Shown here piece after piece: positions 42,762 to 57,169 of a stretch of DNA of 64,000 nucleotides. The notes under the pieces were generated by a model. It searched no databases. It was not told the origin of the DNA and worked only from the letters and a program-made list of their open reading frames with translations. Both the position numbers and the translations under genes were made by a program. How positions within the stretch are numbered: the stretch's first letter is position 1; each line of letters starts with the position of its first letter. The DNA is from the human T2T-CHM13v2.0 reference genome, Homo sapiens. Location: assembly GCF_009914755.1 (NCBI RefSeq), contig NC_060935.1. One strand, given 5' to 3'.

Positions 42762-45700
42762 TTATTCTTCTGAAAGAAGCAACTCTTCATCCATTCAAAT
42801 ATTATCATAAGATTGCAGCAATTCAATCACATCTTCAGGCTCCACTTTCACTTCTAGTTCTCTTACTATTTCCACCAAATCTGCAGTTGTTTCCTCCACT
42901 AACATCTTGAACCCCTCGAAGGAAACTATGACAGTTGGAATCAGCTTCTTCCAAATTACGGCTAATGTTGATATTTTGATCTCCTCTCATGAATATGAAT
43001 ATTTTTAATGCCATCTGGAAGGATGAATCTTTTTAGAAGGTTTTCAATTTACTTTGCCCAGACCCGCCAGGGGAATCACTATGAATGGCTGCTATAGCCA
43101 TACATAATATATGTCTTAAATAATAAGCCTTGAGAGTCAAAATTACCCCTGGATTCATGCACTGCACAGTGAACATTGTGTTACTGGGCTTGAAAACAAG
43201 ATTAATTGCCCTGTACATTTCCATTAGAGCTCTTGAGTGTCTAGGTGTATTGTCAGTGAGCAGTAATATTTTGAAAGGAGTCTTTATTCTGAGCAATAGG
43301 TCTCAACAGTATGACTAAGATATCTAATAAACCATGCTATAGACAGATGTGCTGTCATCTAGGCTTTGCAGTTTCATTTATATACAGCACAAGCAGAGTT
43401 GGTTTAGCATATTTCTTAAGGGCCTTAGGATTTTTAGAATAGTAAATGAGCACTGGCTTCAACTTAAAATCACCAGCTGCAGTAGCCACTAACAGCAGAG
43501 TCCACCTGTTCTTTGAAGCTTTGTAGCCAGCCGTTGACTTCTCCTCTATAACTATAAAAGTCCTAAATAGCATCTCTTCCATTAAAAGGCTGTTTGATCT
43601 ACATGGAAAATTTGTAAATTTAGTGTAGCCACCTTCATCAATTATCTTATCTAGATTTTTTAATAACTTGCTGTAGCTTCTGTATCAGCATTTGCTACTT
43701 CACAGTGTATTTTTATGTTACGGAGATAACTTCTTTCCTTAAACCTATGAACAAATCTCTGCTAACTTCAAACTTTTCTTCTGCAGTTTCCTCACCTCTC
43801 TCAGCTTTCACAGAATGGAAGAGACTTGCTCTGGATTAGGCTTTGGCTTGAGGTAGTATTGTGTGGCTAGTTTGATCTTCTATCCAGACCACAAAAACTT
43901 CCTCCACATCAGTAATAAGGCTGTTTTGCTTCCTTATGATTCGTGTGGTCACTGGAATAGCACTTTTAACTTCCTTCAAGGACTTTTTTTTTTTTTTTTT
44001 TTTGCATTCACAACTTGGCCAACTGTTTGGTATGACAGGCCTAGCTTTCAGCATATCTCAGCTTTTGACATTAGTGAAAGCTTTGGACATTCATGAAAGA
44101 CATTAGTGAGCCTTGCTCACTAAGCTTAATCATTTCTACCTTTGATATAGAGTAAGAGACGTACAACTCTTCCTTTCACTTGAACACTTAGAGGCCCTTG
44201 CAGGGTTACTAATTGGCCTCATTTCAACTTTGTTGTGTCTCAGGGACTAGGGAGGTCCAAGGAGAGGAAGAGAGATGTTGAATGGCCAGTCAGTGGTGTA
44301 ATCAAAACACTCACGACTTGTATGGATTAGTGTTGTATACGGGCATGGTTTGTGGTGCTCCAAAACAATTACAGTAATAACATCAATGATCACTGATCAC
44401 AGATCACCGTAACAGATAAACAATAACGAAAAAGTTTGAAATATTGAATTACCAAAATTTGACAGAGACACACAGTAAACACATGCTGTTGAGAAAATGC
44501 CACCAATAGACTCGCTTGATGCAGGGTTACCACAATCCTTCTATTTGTAATGAAAACACAATATCTGAGAGGCATAATAAAGCGAAGCGCAATGAAAGAA
44601 GGTATACTTGTATGTCAGTAATAGCATAGAAGATGGGTTTAGATAAGTGCTGTCTTTCTGTTGTAAGATTCTTGCATTTCACAGGAAGTGATGCAATATT
44701 AGTTAAAGGTAGACTTGATAAATTAAGAATATGTATATTGCCTGGAGCAGCACTAAAAAAATACAAAAAAAATAGTTAAAAAGTCAATAGAGAAATTAAA
44801 ATGGACAGCTACAAAATATTTGATTATCCCAAAGAAGGCAGGAAAGGAGGGAAAGAGGGACAAATAAACACATGATACAGAAAGCAGTCAAATACCAGTA
44901 AAGTATATTGAGAAACTGACAATATTATTAATTATTCTAAATGTAATAATATTGGGACTAAAGCCTCCAATTAGGCAGGAGAGACTTCTGGTTTGGCAAA
45001 ATGAAGAGGTCAGCAAATCTTCTCCCCAAAAAGCAACTATATATACTAAAATCAAAACTGTCAAAAACAATGATTCAGAGCTCTGAAAATCAAACAGAGC
45101 CATACAGCAAATAAAGTTTGTATTCATGAAAAACTGCTAAATTTGGGATAAGAACTGCAGGAGTTTGTGGTATTCAAGCTTCAGACTGAAGCTGCTTTCA
45201 TCCTCCCCATCCCCATCCAGCTTGGTCGGCAGGGTAGTTCTAGCCCAATGGGACTGGCTGTGAAAACCAGCAACTTGCTGCAGAGAGGACTCACTTGGGT
45301 TGGAATGGGAGGGAAAAAAAAATCCATATCCATCATCCCTGTCAGTAATGCTAGCAATCTTCGTGACCAGTAAACTGGGAAAGCCAACAACTCTACTAAC
45401 CTGAGATTGCAGTCCTGGTGGAAGACTAACCAGAAAGTTAACAAGGAGATTCAGGAAACCAGATAGTCCTAAAGGGGCTTCACAGATCCCTGGTGCACGA
45501 GGATGCAGAGCACATGCAGAGAAGATGAAAGATGGCCTACCTGAGAGTAACGGCCAGGGCTGACCTGAAAACTTCCTGAACTTTGATAACCCACACAGAT
45601 CTGATAGAAGTGTATGGAAGCCTCACTAGCTTGAGGTGTGTGGTAGGCAGAATAAAGTCCTCTCTTCCCCGCCCCCCCACAAAGATGTTCAGGTCTGATC

Positions 45701-45870
45701 CTATAACTTGTGACTATGTTAAGGGCATATGGGACTTTGCAGACGGGATGAAGGTTAAGGACCCTGAGATAGTTTATCTTGGATTATCCTGGTGGGCCCA
45801 ATCTAGTCACAGGACTCTTTAAAAGCAGGCTTTGAAGATGGAGAACATAAGCCATAGACAAGCAAGGTTA

Positions 45871-46482
<612 letters not shown>

Positions 46483-47377
46483 GGAATACAGCCTTGCCAA
46501 TGCCATGATTTTAGCCCAGTGATTCCCAAAGAGGACTAAAATAGTAAGTTTATTTTGTTTAGACACTAAGCTTGTGGTACATGTCAGCAATAGAAAAACT
46601 AATACAAGGTGTTTGATCACAACCTGTGACCAAACATCAGCTGACTCCTAAACTATGAAGAAAATAGAAGCAACCCCTAGGAATTCAGGCTTAAAATAAA
46701 ATAGTTTTTTTACAAACTGAGGAAAGACATCAGTAGCAACACATCACAAGGAAGACAGTATCCACAGATTTAGTCCAGGTAAGCTACTAAACAAACAAGC
46801 AGCAACAATAACCATTCCCAGGAGGCATCGCAGTCCAGAACTGCTACAATATATTACCTACATTATCCAGTTTGGAACAACAAAAAGCTATGAGACATGC
46901 AAAGATATAGGAAAACATGATCCACACTCAGTAAAAAAAATTTAGTCAATAGGAATGGTCTCTGAGTGGGCCCAGATGTTGGATTTAGCAGACAAAGTCT
47001 TTAAAACCAATAATTATGTTCAGAGAACTAAAGGAAACAATGTTTAAAAAATCAAAAAAAATATGAATCAATGACTCAACAAATAAAGAATCTTAATAAG
47101 GAGATGGAAGTCATGCAAAAGAACCAAATAAAATTTTAGAGTTGAAAAGTTCAGTAACTTTCTAAAATGAAAAAGTTAATGTTTTTAGTATTGTTGTGGT
47201 GAGCAACCAACAGACTTTAGATGACGGAAGAAAGAATCAGTGAACTTGAAGACAGATTAATGGAAACGATCCAATACAATAGAGAGAAAGAAACAAATAC
47301 TGAATAAAGATAAAAAGAGCCTCAAGAGACCTGTTCATGTCTCATGTGTCACACATGTTCATGTTCATGTGTAACAC

Positions 47378-47835
47378 TGTACTCATTTCCTAGGGCTGCT
47401 CTAACAAAGTACCACAAACTGGATGGCTTAAAATAACAGACATTTATTATCTCACAGCTCTAGAGGCTAGAAATCCAAAATCAAGGTGTTAGTAGGCCTA
47501 TACTCTCTAAAGACTCTAGGGGAGAATCCTTTCTTGCTTCTTCTAGCTTCTGATGGTTGCTGGCAATCTTGACATTCCTTGGCTTGTAGACTCATCACTG
47601 CAATCACATGTTCTTCTCCCTATGTGTCTTTACATCATCTTCCCTCTGTGCATGCCTCTGTGTCCAAATTTCTTTCTTCTTATAAGGAGAGCAGTCATTG
47701 GAATAGGGCCCAACCTAATCCATTATAACCTCATCTGCACTTGACTTACATTTGCAAAGACCGTATCTCCAAATAAGGTCACATTCTGAGGTTCTGGGTA
47801 GACATGAACTTCTGCGGGCACTACTTAACCCAATA
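47378..47835 (-). mobile_element. MLT1C solo LTR
   Basis: tgtactcatttcctagggctgc...ccaaataaggtcacattctgaggttctgggtagacatgaac. Confidence 0.88.
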
Positions 47836-47862
47836 GGGATATCATCAAGCATCCCAACATAC

Positions 47863-48448
47863 TGTCAAAACAGTCCCAAAGCAGCAGCATAGTGGCTAAC
47901 AGGGATATAGGAATCGCTACTGCAGTTTACCACAATTTCATAGATTAGGCCAGTAAAAAGACAATAAGCCCAAATGGATTCAGACAGTTTATTACTTATA
48001 CTGATGAAAAATCAGTCAGCATAATGTTAGCTTCCTATGTCCTAGCTCCACAAGACACCACCAAGTGAGAGGGGCCAGATAACAGGATGCTCAGGCAGTG
48101 GGTGGCTGTGCTATTGAGGGGCTCCTTCTAAATACAGCCAGCAAATTAATAGACATACACAGAAGTCAGCAGCTCTACTCTAAGTGGGTCAAGGTGGAAA
48201 GTCATGTCCTCCTCTGAAACAAGGGGGTGGATAAAACCAGCCTTACATCTTTCTCCTGCAAACTAAGGAGATGTGGATAAGCTTCTTCATGGCAGCTCCC
48301 CGTAAGACTGCTTATCCCCCTCATTACATGAGGAATAGCAAGGTGTTTTACCAAGACTTGGGTCAAATTACAGTTAAGCATTGCTTCTATGTCCTATGTG
48401 GGCATGTACTGGGGTGGCAGGGCACCACCCCAGAGCTATTCCTCTACA
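47863..48448. mobile_element. 586-bp solo LTR, family not identified (probably ERVL class)
   Basis: TG...CA termini; TSD catac / catag; cleanly interrupts L1 ORF1 text (aacatac|atgtaataggagtcccagaagg). Confidence 0.7.
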
Positions 48449-48502
48449 CATAGATGTAATAGGAGTCCCAGAAGGAAAGGAGAGAGAGAAATAGGCAGAA
48501 AG

Positions 48503-48812
48503 CAGGGAGATGGGGATGTCTAATGGGTACAAAAAAAAATAGAAAGAATGAATGAGACCTACTATTTGATAGGACAATAGGGTGACTATAGTCAATAATA
48601 ACTTAATTATATATTTTAAAATAACTTCAAGAATGTAATTGGATTGTTTGTAACTCAAAAGATAAATGCATTAGGGGATGGATACCCCATTATTCGTGAT
48701 ATACTTATTTCACTTTGCATGCCTATATCTAAACATCTCCTGTACTCCATAAATATATACACCTATTATGTACCCACAAAAAAAATTTAATAATAAACTT
48801 AAAAATAAAAAA
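48503..48812 (+). mobile_element. L1MA1/2-like 3' end
   Basis: gacctactatttgatag...gggtgactatagtcaataataac...ggggatggatacccc...tatgtacccacaaaaa. Confidence 0.88.
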
Positions 48813-48936
48813 CGAAAGAATGGGCAAAACTCTCCAAGGAATGCCAAAGAGATAAAAACAAAGTGATTCACACCCAGACACATCATAGTCAAATGGTTGA
48901 ATGACAAACACAGAGAAAATCTTGAAAGCAGCAAGA

Positions 48937-49246
48937 GGCCAGCACAGTGGCTCACTCCTGCACTGTAATCCCAGCACTTTGGGAGGCCTAGGCAGGCAGA
49001 TTGCTTGAGCCCAGGAGCTTGAAACCAGCCTGGGCAACATGGCCAAATGCCACCTCTACCAAAAGAAAAATACAAAAATTAGCCAGGCATGGTGCCATGC
49101 ACCTGCAGCCCCAGCTACTTGGGAGGCTTGAGGTGGGAAGATTGCTTGAGCCCATGAGGTGGAGTTTGCAGCGAGCCAAGATCACACCACTGCACTCCAC
49201 CTTGGGTGACAAAGCCAAACCCTGTCTCAAAAATAAAATAAAATAA
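48937..49246 (+). mobile_element. Alu (AluJ-like)
   Basis: gattgcttgagcccagg in both arms; TSD gaaagca(g/a)caaga. Confidence 0.93.
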
Positions 49247-50439
49247 GAAAGCAACAAGAAAAGTAATTTTACTCATCTCATACAAAAGAACAACAAAATG
49301 ATTAATAACAGATGTCCCATCAGAACAACTGAAGCCAAAAGGCAATGAAAAGACATATTCAAAGTCCTGAAAGACAAACAATTGTCAACCAAAAATTCAA
49401 TAATCAAGTGAACAATTTTTGCCTATTAAAGGTGAAATGAAGACAATTCCCAATAAATTAAGACTGAGAGAATTCACTGCTAGAAGACCTGTCTTCTAAG
49501 AAATATTAAAAGTAGTCCTTTATGCTGAAGAGAAATGACACCATATGGTAACTAGAATTCACCAGAAAAAAAGCACCAAAAGTGGGAAGTATGTGGGCAA
49601 ATATAAGAGACATACAATCACATACATAAAAGACACAAAAATTCAAAAATAAATAAATAAAACAAAAATATAAAAAATACAAATACATATATTTTTCTCT
49701 TCTTTTAACTTCTTTAAAAGATATGTCCTTATATAGCAATAATTACAACATTGAGTTGCTGTATGGATTCTGACATATATAGATGTCATATGTGTCTAAA
49801 TAATACCACAAAGGAAGGGAAGGATACGGAGTTATATTGGAGAAAAGTTTCTGTATTTTACCAAAATTAAGTTAGTATTAATCTGGAGTTTTCATTAATT
49901 TATCTTAATATTATGACAAATAAAAATTTACATTCTAATCACTGGATAAACCACTAAGAAAGTAACTCAAAAAATAGTTTTTAACCCGTTAAGCAGCAGA
50001 GATTGACAGACTAGTAAAAAAGCAAGATTCAGCTATATGCTGACTACAAGGGGTACACTTTAAATACAAAGGCATATTGTTCATAAGGAGAAGGATAAAA
50101 AAGATATGCAATACAAATACAAGGTACAAAAAAGCTTCTGTGATTCTATTAATGGCAGACAAAACAGACCAGAATATTACCAATTCTCCCAGGTAGAGGT
50201 AAGAGCCTCAGCACTAGAGAAAGCGAAACCTACATCTGAGCCCTGCTCAACCCCTTACCAGCTGGGAGACATTGGGCAAACAATGGTTATAAGACCTATA
50301 GCATACTAAGCACTTTACATAAATTATCTCTAATCCTCACAAACCCTACAAGATTAATATTATTATCCCCATTTTTCCCGCTATATAATAGCTCAGTAGA
50401 TAACAGACACATCACTTATAGTAATTATTATTATTTCTA

Positions 50440-52340
50440 ATTGTTCAGTAAGTTCTTATGTGCAAGGCACTGTCCTAGGCACTAGGATACAGTGGAAACT
50501 AAGATAGACAAACTCCTTAATTTCAGAGTTTATTTCTAGTGGAGTGGAAACAACCAGAGGAAAATAATAATAATTTTAATTAGAGAGTAGTAAGTACAAT
50601 GCATAGATTTAAAGTGGAGCAATGTGATGGAATAATTGGCTGGGTAATCCAGTTAAGAAAGTTATTTACATGAAAATATAAATTACACAAGACAACCACA
50701 TGAAGACCAGGGAAAATAGTAGTACAGGTGAAGGTGACAGTGCATAGGCCCTGGGGTAGGAACGAGCCTGGTATATTGGAGAAAAGTCGCAGTGGCTGAA
50801 GGTGTGATGTGGCCATCGGGGGAGTAATATGATGGGTGATTAGAAACGGAGGTATGCAAGGCTCTGCAGACCAGAGTGGGGCATCCACATGTTACTCCAT
50901 GTAATGGGAGGCCACTAGAGGGTTTTATGTCAGTTAGTGATACAATGTGATGTACATTTTAAAAGAACATTCTCACTTCAGAAAGGAAAATAGAGTACAG
51001 GGCAGCAAGAACAGAGGCAAGGAGACCACTTTGGAGTCATTGTGGCAGTCCAGGAGAAAGAGGTGGCGGGTTAGGTGGAGAAAAGTGGGAAAGTTTGGGA
51101 TGAATTTTGGAGGTAGAGCTACCTTGGTGATGGACAGGGCATGGGGTGCGAGCAAAGAAAGACAGGAATCAAGAATGACTCTTAGGTTTGGAGCTTGTGC
51201 AACTGGGTGGAGGGCTGTGCTGTTTACCAAGAAGGCGAAGTCTGGAGGAGGAATAGGATTGCTCAGGGAATGCAATAGAGGTTGAGGAAGGGGGTGAAAT
51301 AACGGGTCCTGTTTTAACTCCATTAGATTTGAGAGACTTATCAGGCTTCTTAAACTATTACTAGGTCTACCCAACAATATAAAGATGACCAAAACAAAAT
51401 TCCCATCTTCCAGGAACTCACAAGTCTAGTAGGGGAGAAAAAAATGGGTACATATCCATTCAAGAAAACCTGTAGGTACTTTATAAAAGAGGTAATATGT
51501 ACCTGTGTGGTAACCAGGATCCAATAGATTGGCAGGGCATCTGGGAAGCCTCCATAGGGTGTAGATAGGTTCAAAGTTTGGTTTCCAAGTATGGGTGAAC
51601 CTGAACAAGCAGCCCTGGAGTGGGATAGATTCTAGGAGAGGGGAGAAACTTAAACTGAGGTTCTCCAGAAGTGAGCCACACTCAAGGAAGGTTTGAGATG
51701 TATTAGAGGTGGATGAGGGGAGGCCCTGAAAAAGCAAGTTATATTCACATTTGAAAGACTTTGAAGGCAGGCTGGGGTGGTGGGTTTTATCTTGTGGCCT
51801 AGAGTGGATGGGGAGATACAGAAGACTTTTTAGCAGAAAAGTGACCATCTTAGAGGTATGTGTTAAGGTCACTCTGACAACAGTCTTTGAAAAGTAGGTG
51901 ATGGATGGCAGAAATGAGGGACAAAGAACAAGAAACAAAGCAGGAAGCTGGTTCAGAGATTATCCTACAGTCTAGGCGAGGGGTAGGGACAGCATTAGGA
52001 ATGAAAATGAGACGAATGAGACACGATGGAGGTTAAGTGATAGGATTTGGTGATTGATTGGATGTGGAAAAACAAGTCTTAGATAACTCTGAGACTCAGC
52101 ATGAGTGTCTGGGAGAACCATGGTACCATGATCCAAGATAAGGGACCTGGGAGCAGGAAAAAGAAGGGGAAGAAAATGGGGAGCAAGGGAGACAATGAGT
52201 CTGATTTTGGTCATGTTCAGCTGGAGGTGCCAATGGAACATCAGTTTTCAAGTAGAAATGATACGTCAGTAGATGAACATTTTGGCCCATGATTGGGAGA
52301 TGCAGCTGACCTCAAAGTAAAGATTTGGGAGTCCTTGGCA
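50440..52340 (-). mobile_element. L2 relics (at least two pieces)
   Basis: tatgtgcaaggcactgtcctaggcact; atgggaggccactagagggtttta; aggaatcaagaatgactc; ttttggtcatgttcagctggaggtgcc. Confidence 0.75.
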
Positions 52341-52344
52341 CCAG

Positions 52345-52870
52345 TAATAATAATGTATTGTGCATCAGGAGCTGATTTAATCCTTTACATAATTATCTCA
52401 TTTCCTCCCCCATGACAGCCCCATGAGGTGGGTGTGATTATTATTGGCATTTTGCAAATGAGAAAGCTGAAGTTCAAGAAAGTTAAGCCCCTTGCCCAAA
52501 GTTACATACAAATGTAGTGGCAGAGTCAAGATTTGAACTTGTGCACTTGGTGCTGCTCTACATGATAAAACTAGGGGGGAAGGAGGGAATGATGGAAGGC
52601 CCTGGAAAAGCAAGTTATATTCACATATGAAAGACTTCGAAGGCTTTCAGACTGGGGCCCACAGGATGCCCTCTTTGACTCTGCTCAAATGTCCATGGAA
52701 TGTCAGGACTGAATGGACCTTAGGAATCACTGAGTCATTCTCTCAGGTCACGACTAGTAGTGACTAAAGCCCAGAGAAGGACATTGACTTACCCAAAGTC
52801 ACAATGTATGTTAGGGGGAAAGTCAGAAGTGGAACCTGGATCTCCTGGCCTGTCCAGTGCTCTTTCCATT
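52345..52870 (-). mobile_element. MIRs (~52345-52565 and ~52720-52870)
   Basis: cattttgcaaatgagaaagctgaagttcaagaaagttaag...gtggcagagtcaagatttgaac; gacttacccaaagtcaca. Confidence 0.75.
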
Positions 52871-53306
52871 ACACTGCATACCCTCCACTTGACCAAATGC
52901 ACCCTGGCCTCATCCAGGTGAGCCTCCTACAGCCTTTCTCGTTACACTTGGTATAAATTCTGCAGTCCAAGTTCTGCATGCTCTGGCCCCTCCACCTCTT
53001 CGACCTGATTATATCACTCTCCCTCTTTGTCATGAGGATGCAGCCCCACAAGCCAAGCACATGCCCTCCAAGGGCCTTCGTGTTTGATGTTTCCTCTGCT
53101 CTCAGATATTCTCCTAACTGCTTCCTTCTTATCATTAGGTCCCAGCCAAATGGCCACCTCCTTGCAAAAGCCCACTCTGACCAGCCAACCCAAAGTAACC
53201 AACCCTATCACTCACTGTCCTTGTACATGATTCTATGTTCTTCATGGCAGTTGTGGCTATCTCAAGTACCTTATTTATCTATGTGGTTGTTAATATTCAT
53301 TCTCCT

Positions 53307-53842
<536 letters not shown>

Positions 53843-55496
53843 TCATGGACTCAGAGTCATGGCCTGGGGAAAGCCATGGACTCACTTTCAGAATAGAGAG
53901 AATAAGATCATGCCAGATACCACAAACAGGCCTGGAATTCTGGGAGCAGAGGCACCAGGACTGCCCCCTGTCTCTGTCTGCCTCCCTCCACCCCTTTCTG
54001 CCCTCTTATCTACTTCTCCTTCCCCCTTTAATGCCCACATTCCCCATTCCCCATGGCCCATGGCTCATGCTGCCCCTTATCTGCTCCTCTCCTCCATCAC
54101 CCGGCTCCCAGAAGGCACCTTTTCATCTTCCCCATTCTCTTATCTTGCCCTTATCCCAGGGTCCCCTGTATCTGCTTCCTTTTGCTCTCTGGCCCCTTAT
54201 CAGATGTCCCTCTCTCCATCACACTTCCCTTATCTGCTCATCCCCTTGCCCACACGCACCGTTGTTTTTATTGCCTTCTGGAAAGAGGCCCACAATAAAC
54301 AGCAAGAGCGGAGAGTTTGCATTCCAGGCTCTGATGGACAGGCTGGGGGAGTGATTGTCAGGCCCTCAGAGCTGGGACTTCGACGCAGGCTTTGGAATCA
54401 GCCCCTGGTGGAATCCTGTCAGAGCTTCAACCATTTTTCATTATACTAACTAAGAGATGTTAGCAAAATGGTTTTAATCTATCTGAGCCTCATCTATAAA
54501 ACACAGCTTGAGAATACCTCCCTCTGAGGGTCACTGGAGGCCAAGGATAGTGCAGGCCAAAAGGGGAATGCGGTGCAGAGCCTCTGGGCTTATTCGTCAC
54601 TGCTGCAGCCATGCACCTGTGTGAACTCATGTTCTCCTCCTTGCAACCCTAGAAGGGAGAGCCTGTTATTGTTGACTTTCTGCAGATGATGGAGCTGAGA
54701 CCCATAGAGGTTGACTGACTTTCTTGAGGTCACAAAATCGACCCCAGTTGGCACTGAGGGGATTCCCCACCATTTCTATACAGTGAAGCAGCTCTCGACA
54801 TGGGAGGGAACCTCTCAGCACCCCCGCTGCACAACTGTCTGCCATGATTCTAAATTCCACAGCCAAGTGAAACCTGCAATGGCTTCCCCTCTCCTGGAAC
54901 ATCTGCCTGGTTCCCAGGACAGAGTAAAGGTGAGAACCAAGTTCCCTCTAAAGAAATGGGAGGGAAACTTCTTCCATTAGGACCTCAGGAAATGACTTCA
55001 GCAGCCCCACTTGGCCAGTTTTCTGGTGTTAATCATTTTCTCACACCAAGAACAACTCGTTGCCGCCTCCTGAGTCCTGCTCCCCCTGACTATAATTAGG
55101 GGTGTCACTTGGGTGTTGCTGTGGAAAGTGACACCAAAAGCCCTTCACACACCTGCTCTCGGTGGCAGCGGCGGGCCCCATCCTGGGCTCAACACACAAC
55201 CAGCAGCTGCCAGTTTGCTAGATGGGAGGGGTGGGTATCACTGCACTGCATAATGGAGCAGCTACTGGCATCTGGAGCTGCTGGTGGCACGTCTGAGGCC
55301 AGTCTCAGGCCGCTAGGGAAAAACGTCCTCAGGGACCATAAACTGCAATCAGCTGCCTTATCTTTTGGGTGAGAACAATAAGGCTCAGAGAGAGAAAATG
55401 TCTTTCCAAAAGTCACACAGCACTAACTTCCTGGTATGAAAACCCAGATTTTCTGCCTTCCCAGCCTATGTTGCCCACATCCTTTCACATTTAGGA

Positions 55497-55702
55497 CAGT
55501 AGTTCCTAATCAGGGGTTATTTTCCCCCGCTTGGGGAAACATTTGACGATGTTAGGAGACATTTTTGGTTGTCTCAACTTGGAAGGATGGGTAGTTAGAA
55601 GGGAAGGATGCCGCTAAATATCTTACAATGCACACGGCAGTCCTCTATAGCAAAGACTTATCCAACCCAAGATGTTCATAGTGCCATGACTGAGTAACTC
55701 TG
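55497..55702 (+). mobile_element. MER20
   Basis: cagtagttcctaatcagggg...ggagacatttttggttgtc...ggatgccgctaaatatcttacaatgcaca...atagtgcc. Confidence 0.85.
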
Positions 55703-56074
55703 TTTAGCAGCACTGCCACAGGGACTTGCAGCTCCCAAGCACATCACATGCCCTTTACAACTGAAATCAGGACGAAATGTATTGGTACACTGGCTCCCAT
55801 GGGCTCCTATGTGACCCAGTGATTCCTAAGGAAGATAATTCCTGCCATTTCCCTACTTCTATGCCTTTGCTCGAGCGGTCCCCCTCTGAATGGGATGCTC
55901 TCCCTGGCCCTACTTATGCCACTCCTACTCATCCTTCCCACCCTGTTTGGTGTCACTGCCTCCAGGAAGGTGGCCCTGGTTTCTCCTGCTGGGAGTCATC
56001 TCTGAATCTCTGAACTCTAGGAGTACTTCAGCAATACCTCTTCTAACTCTTAGAAGAGTTCACCTTGTATTAGA

Positions 56075-56355
56075 GTTAAGAGGTAGTGTAAGTCTATATT
56101 AAGTTTGTGGGCTCTGGAGTCTGATGCCCTGAGTTCAAATCCCAGCTACCCTACCTCCTACTTGTGTGACTCGGAACAAGTTACTTAACCACTCCAGGCG
56201 TCCTATTCCTTGTCTGTAAAATGGGAGTGAGGATAGTAATAGCGCCTGTCTCATAGGATTGTTAGGAAAATATCATTAATTAATCCATGTAAAATGCAGT
56301 GCTTAATGCAATCTCTGACACATGGGTTGGTGTGCAATACATGTTAGCGATCATC
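56075..56355 (+). mobile_element. MIR (near full length)
   Basis: gggctctggagtc...gagttcaaatcccagct...caagttacttaacc...tctgtaaaatggg...ctcataggattgtt. Confidence 0.88.
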
Positions 56356-56725
56356 GTGATGATCTAAGAATTAGTCTTGCCCAAACTACAGCATGGCCTC
56401 CTTCAACAAAGGACTCTAGAGTCCCACATCATTGTCATTTTACCTAAAACATGACCCTGCAAAGTATGGGCTTTCTTTTTAATGAAGGCAGATGAGAAAT
56501 GGCAAGAGCAATGATACTTAATCCAGCTAAATCATGGTCACACTCGTGACACAGGGCCTCCTTCATGTCCAGCCTCCCTCAGTGCCTTTAAGAAGCTACG
56601 TCCACCCACACTGACAAAGAGGAAAAAGAAAAAAACCTCCTGATGCATCTCCCACCTTGTCTAATCACTGGGACACAAGCACCCTTTTGAGCATATTTAG
56701 GTTAAAAAAAAAAATGATAACCCTA

Positions 56726-56941
56726 CAGCAAGATCTCTCAACCACATCACTTTTGGGGCTGGATAATTCTATGCTGTGGGCACTTTCCTGTGCATTGTAG
56801 GATTCTTGGCAACATCTTTACCTCTACCCACTAAAAGTCATTAGCACCGCCCTCTGCATGCACACACACAATTAAAAAAAGCCTCCAGATATTGCCAAGT
56901 GCCCCATGGCAGGCAAAATCACCCCAATTTGAGAACCACTG
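56726..56941 (-). mobile_element. MER20
   Basis: tggataattct...cctgtgcattgtaggat...ctccagatattgccaa...ggcaaaatcacccc...ttgagaaccactg. Confidence 0.85.
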
Positions 56942-56949
56942 GTCTAAGC

Positions 56950-57169
56950 CATACATCTCAGTGGGGGCAAAAATTGGTTCTCGGAGGACAAAAAAAAAAA
57001 ATCTTATCTTCTCTATGTATAAAGCATAGATATATGTATAGTACACAAACAGGTATACAGTATATTTGTGGTAATAAAAATCCAGGGGACAGGGGATTAA
57101 GGGAGAGAAATGCGTAAAAATGTTCCTGGAGGAATGATCATGGAATCATAATAAGGCTGAGAAACACTG
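56950..57169 (-). mobile_element. hAT-Charlie MITE (Charlie15a-like)
   Basis: gggggcaaaaattggttct...tatgtataaagca...tatacagtatatttgtggta...aggctgagaaacactg. Confidence 0.6.

Noticed and set aside
43033-44054. Possible domesticated TIGD-like transposase gene
   Set aside because: The frame is broken by frameshifts, a poly(T) run and Alu insertions; it is a decayed Tigger1.
55497-56941. Inverted MER20 pair as a composite transposon
   Set aside because: Each copy appears complete and no shared outer TSD is seen; independent insertions are simpler.
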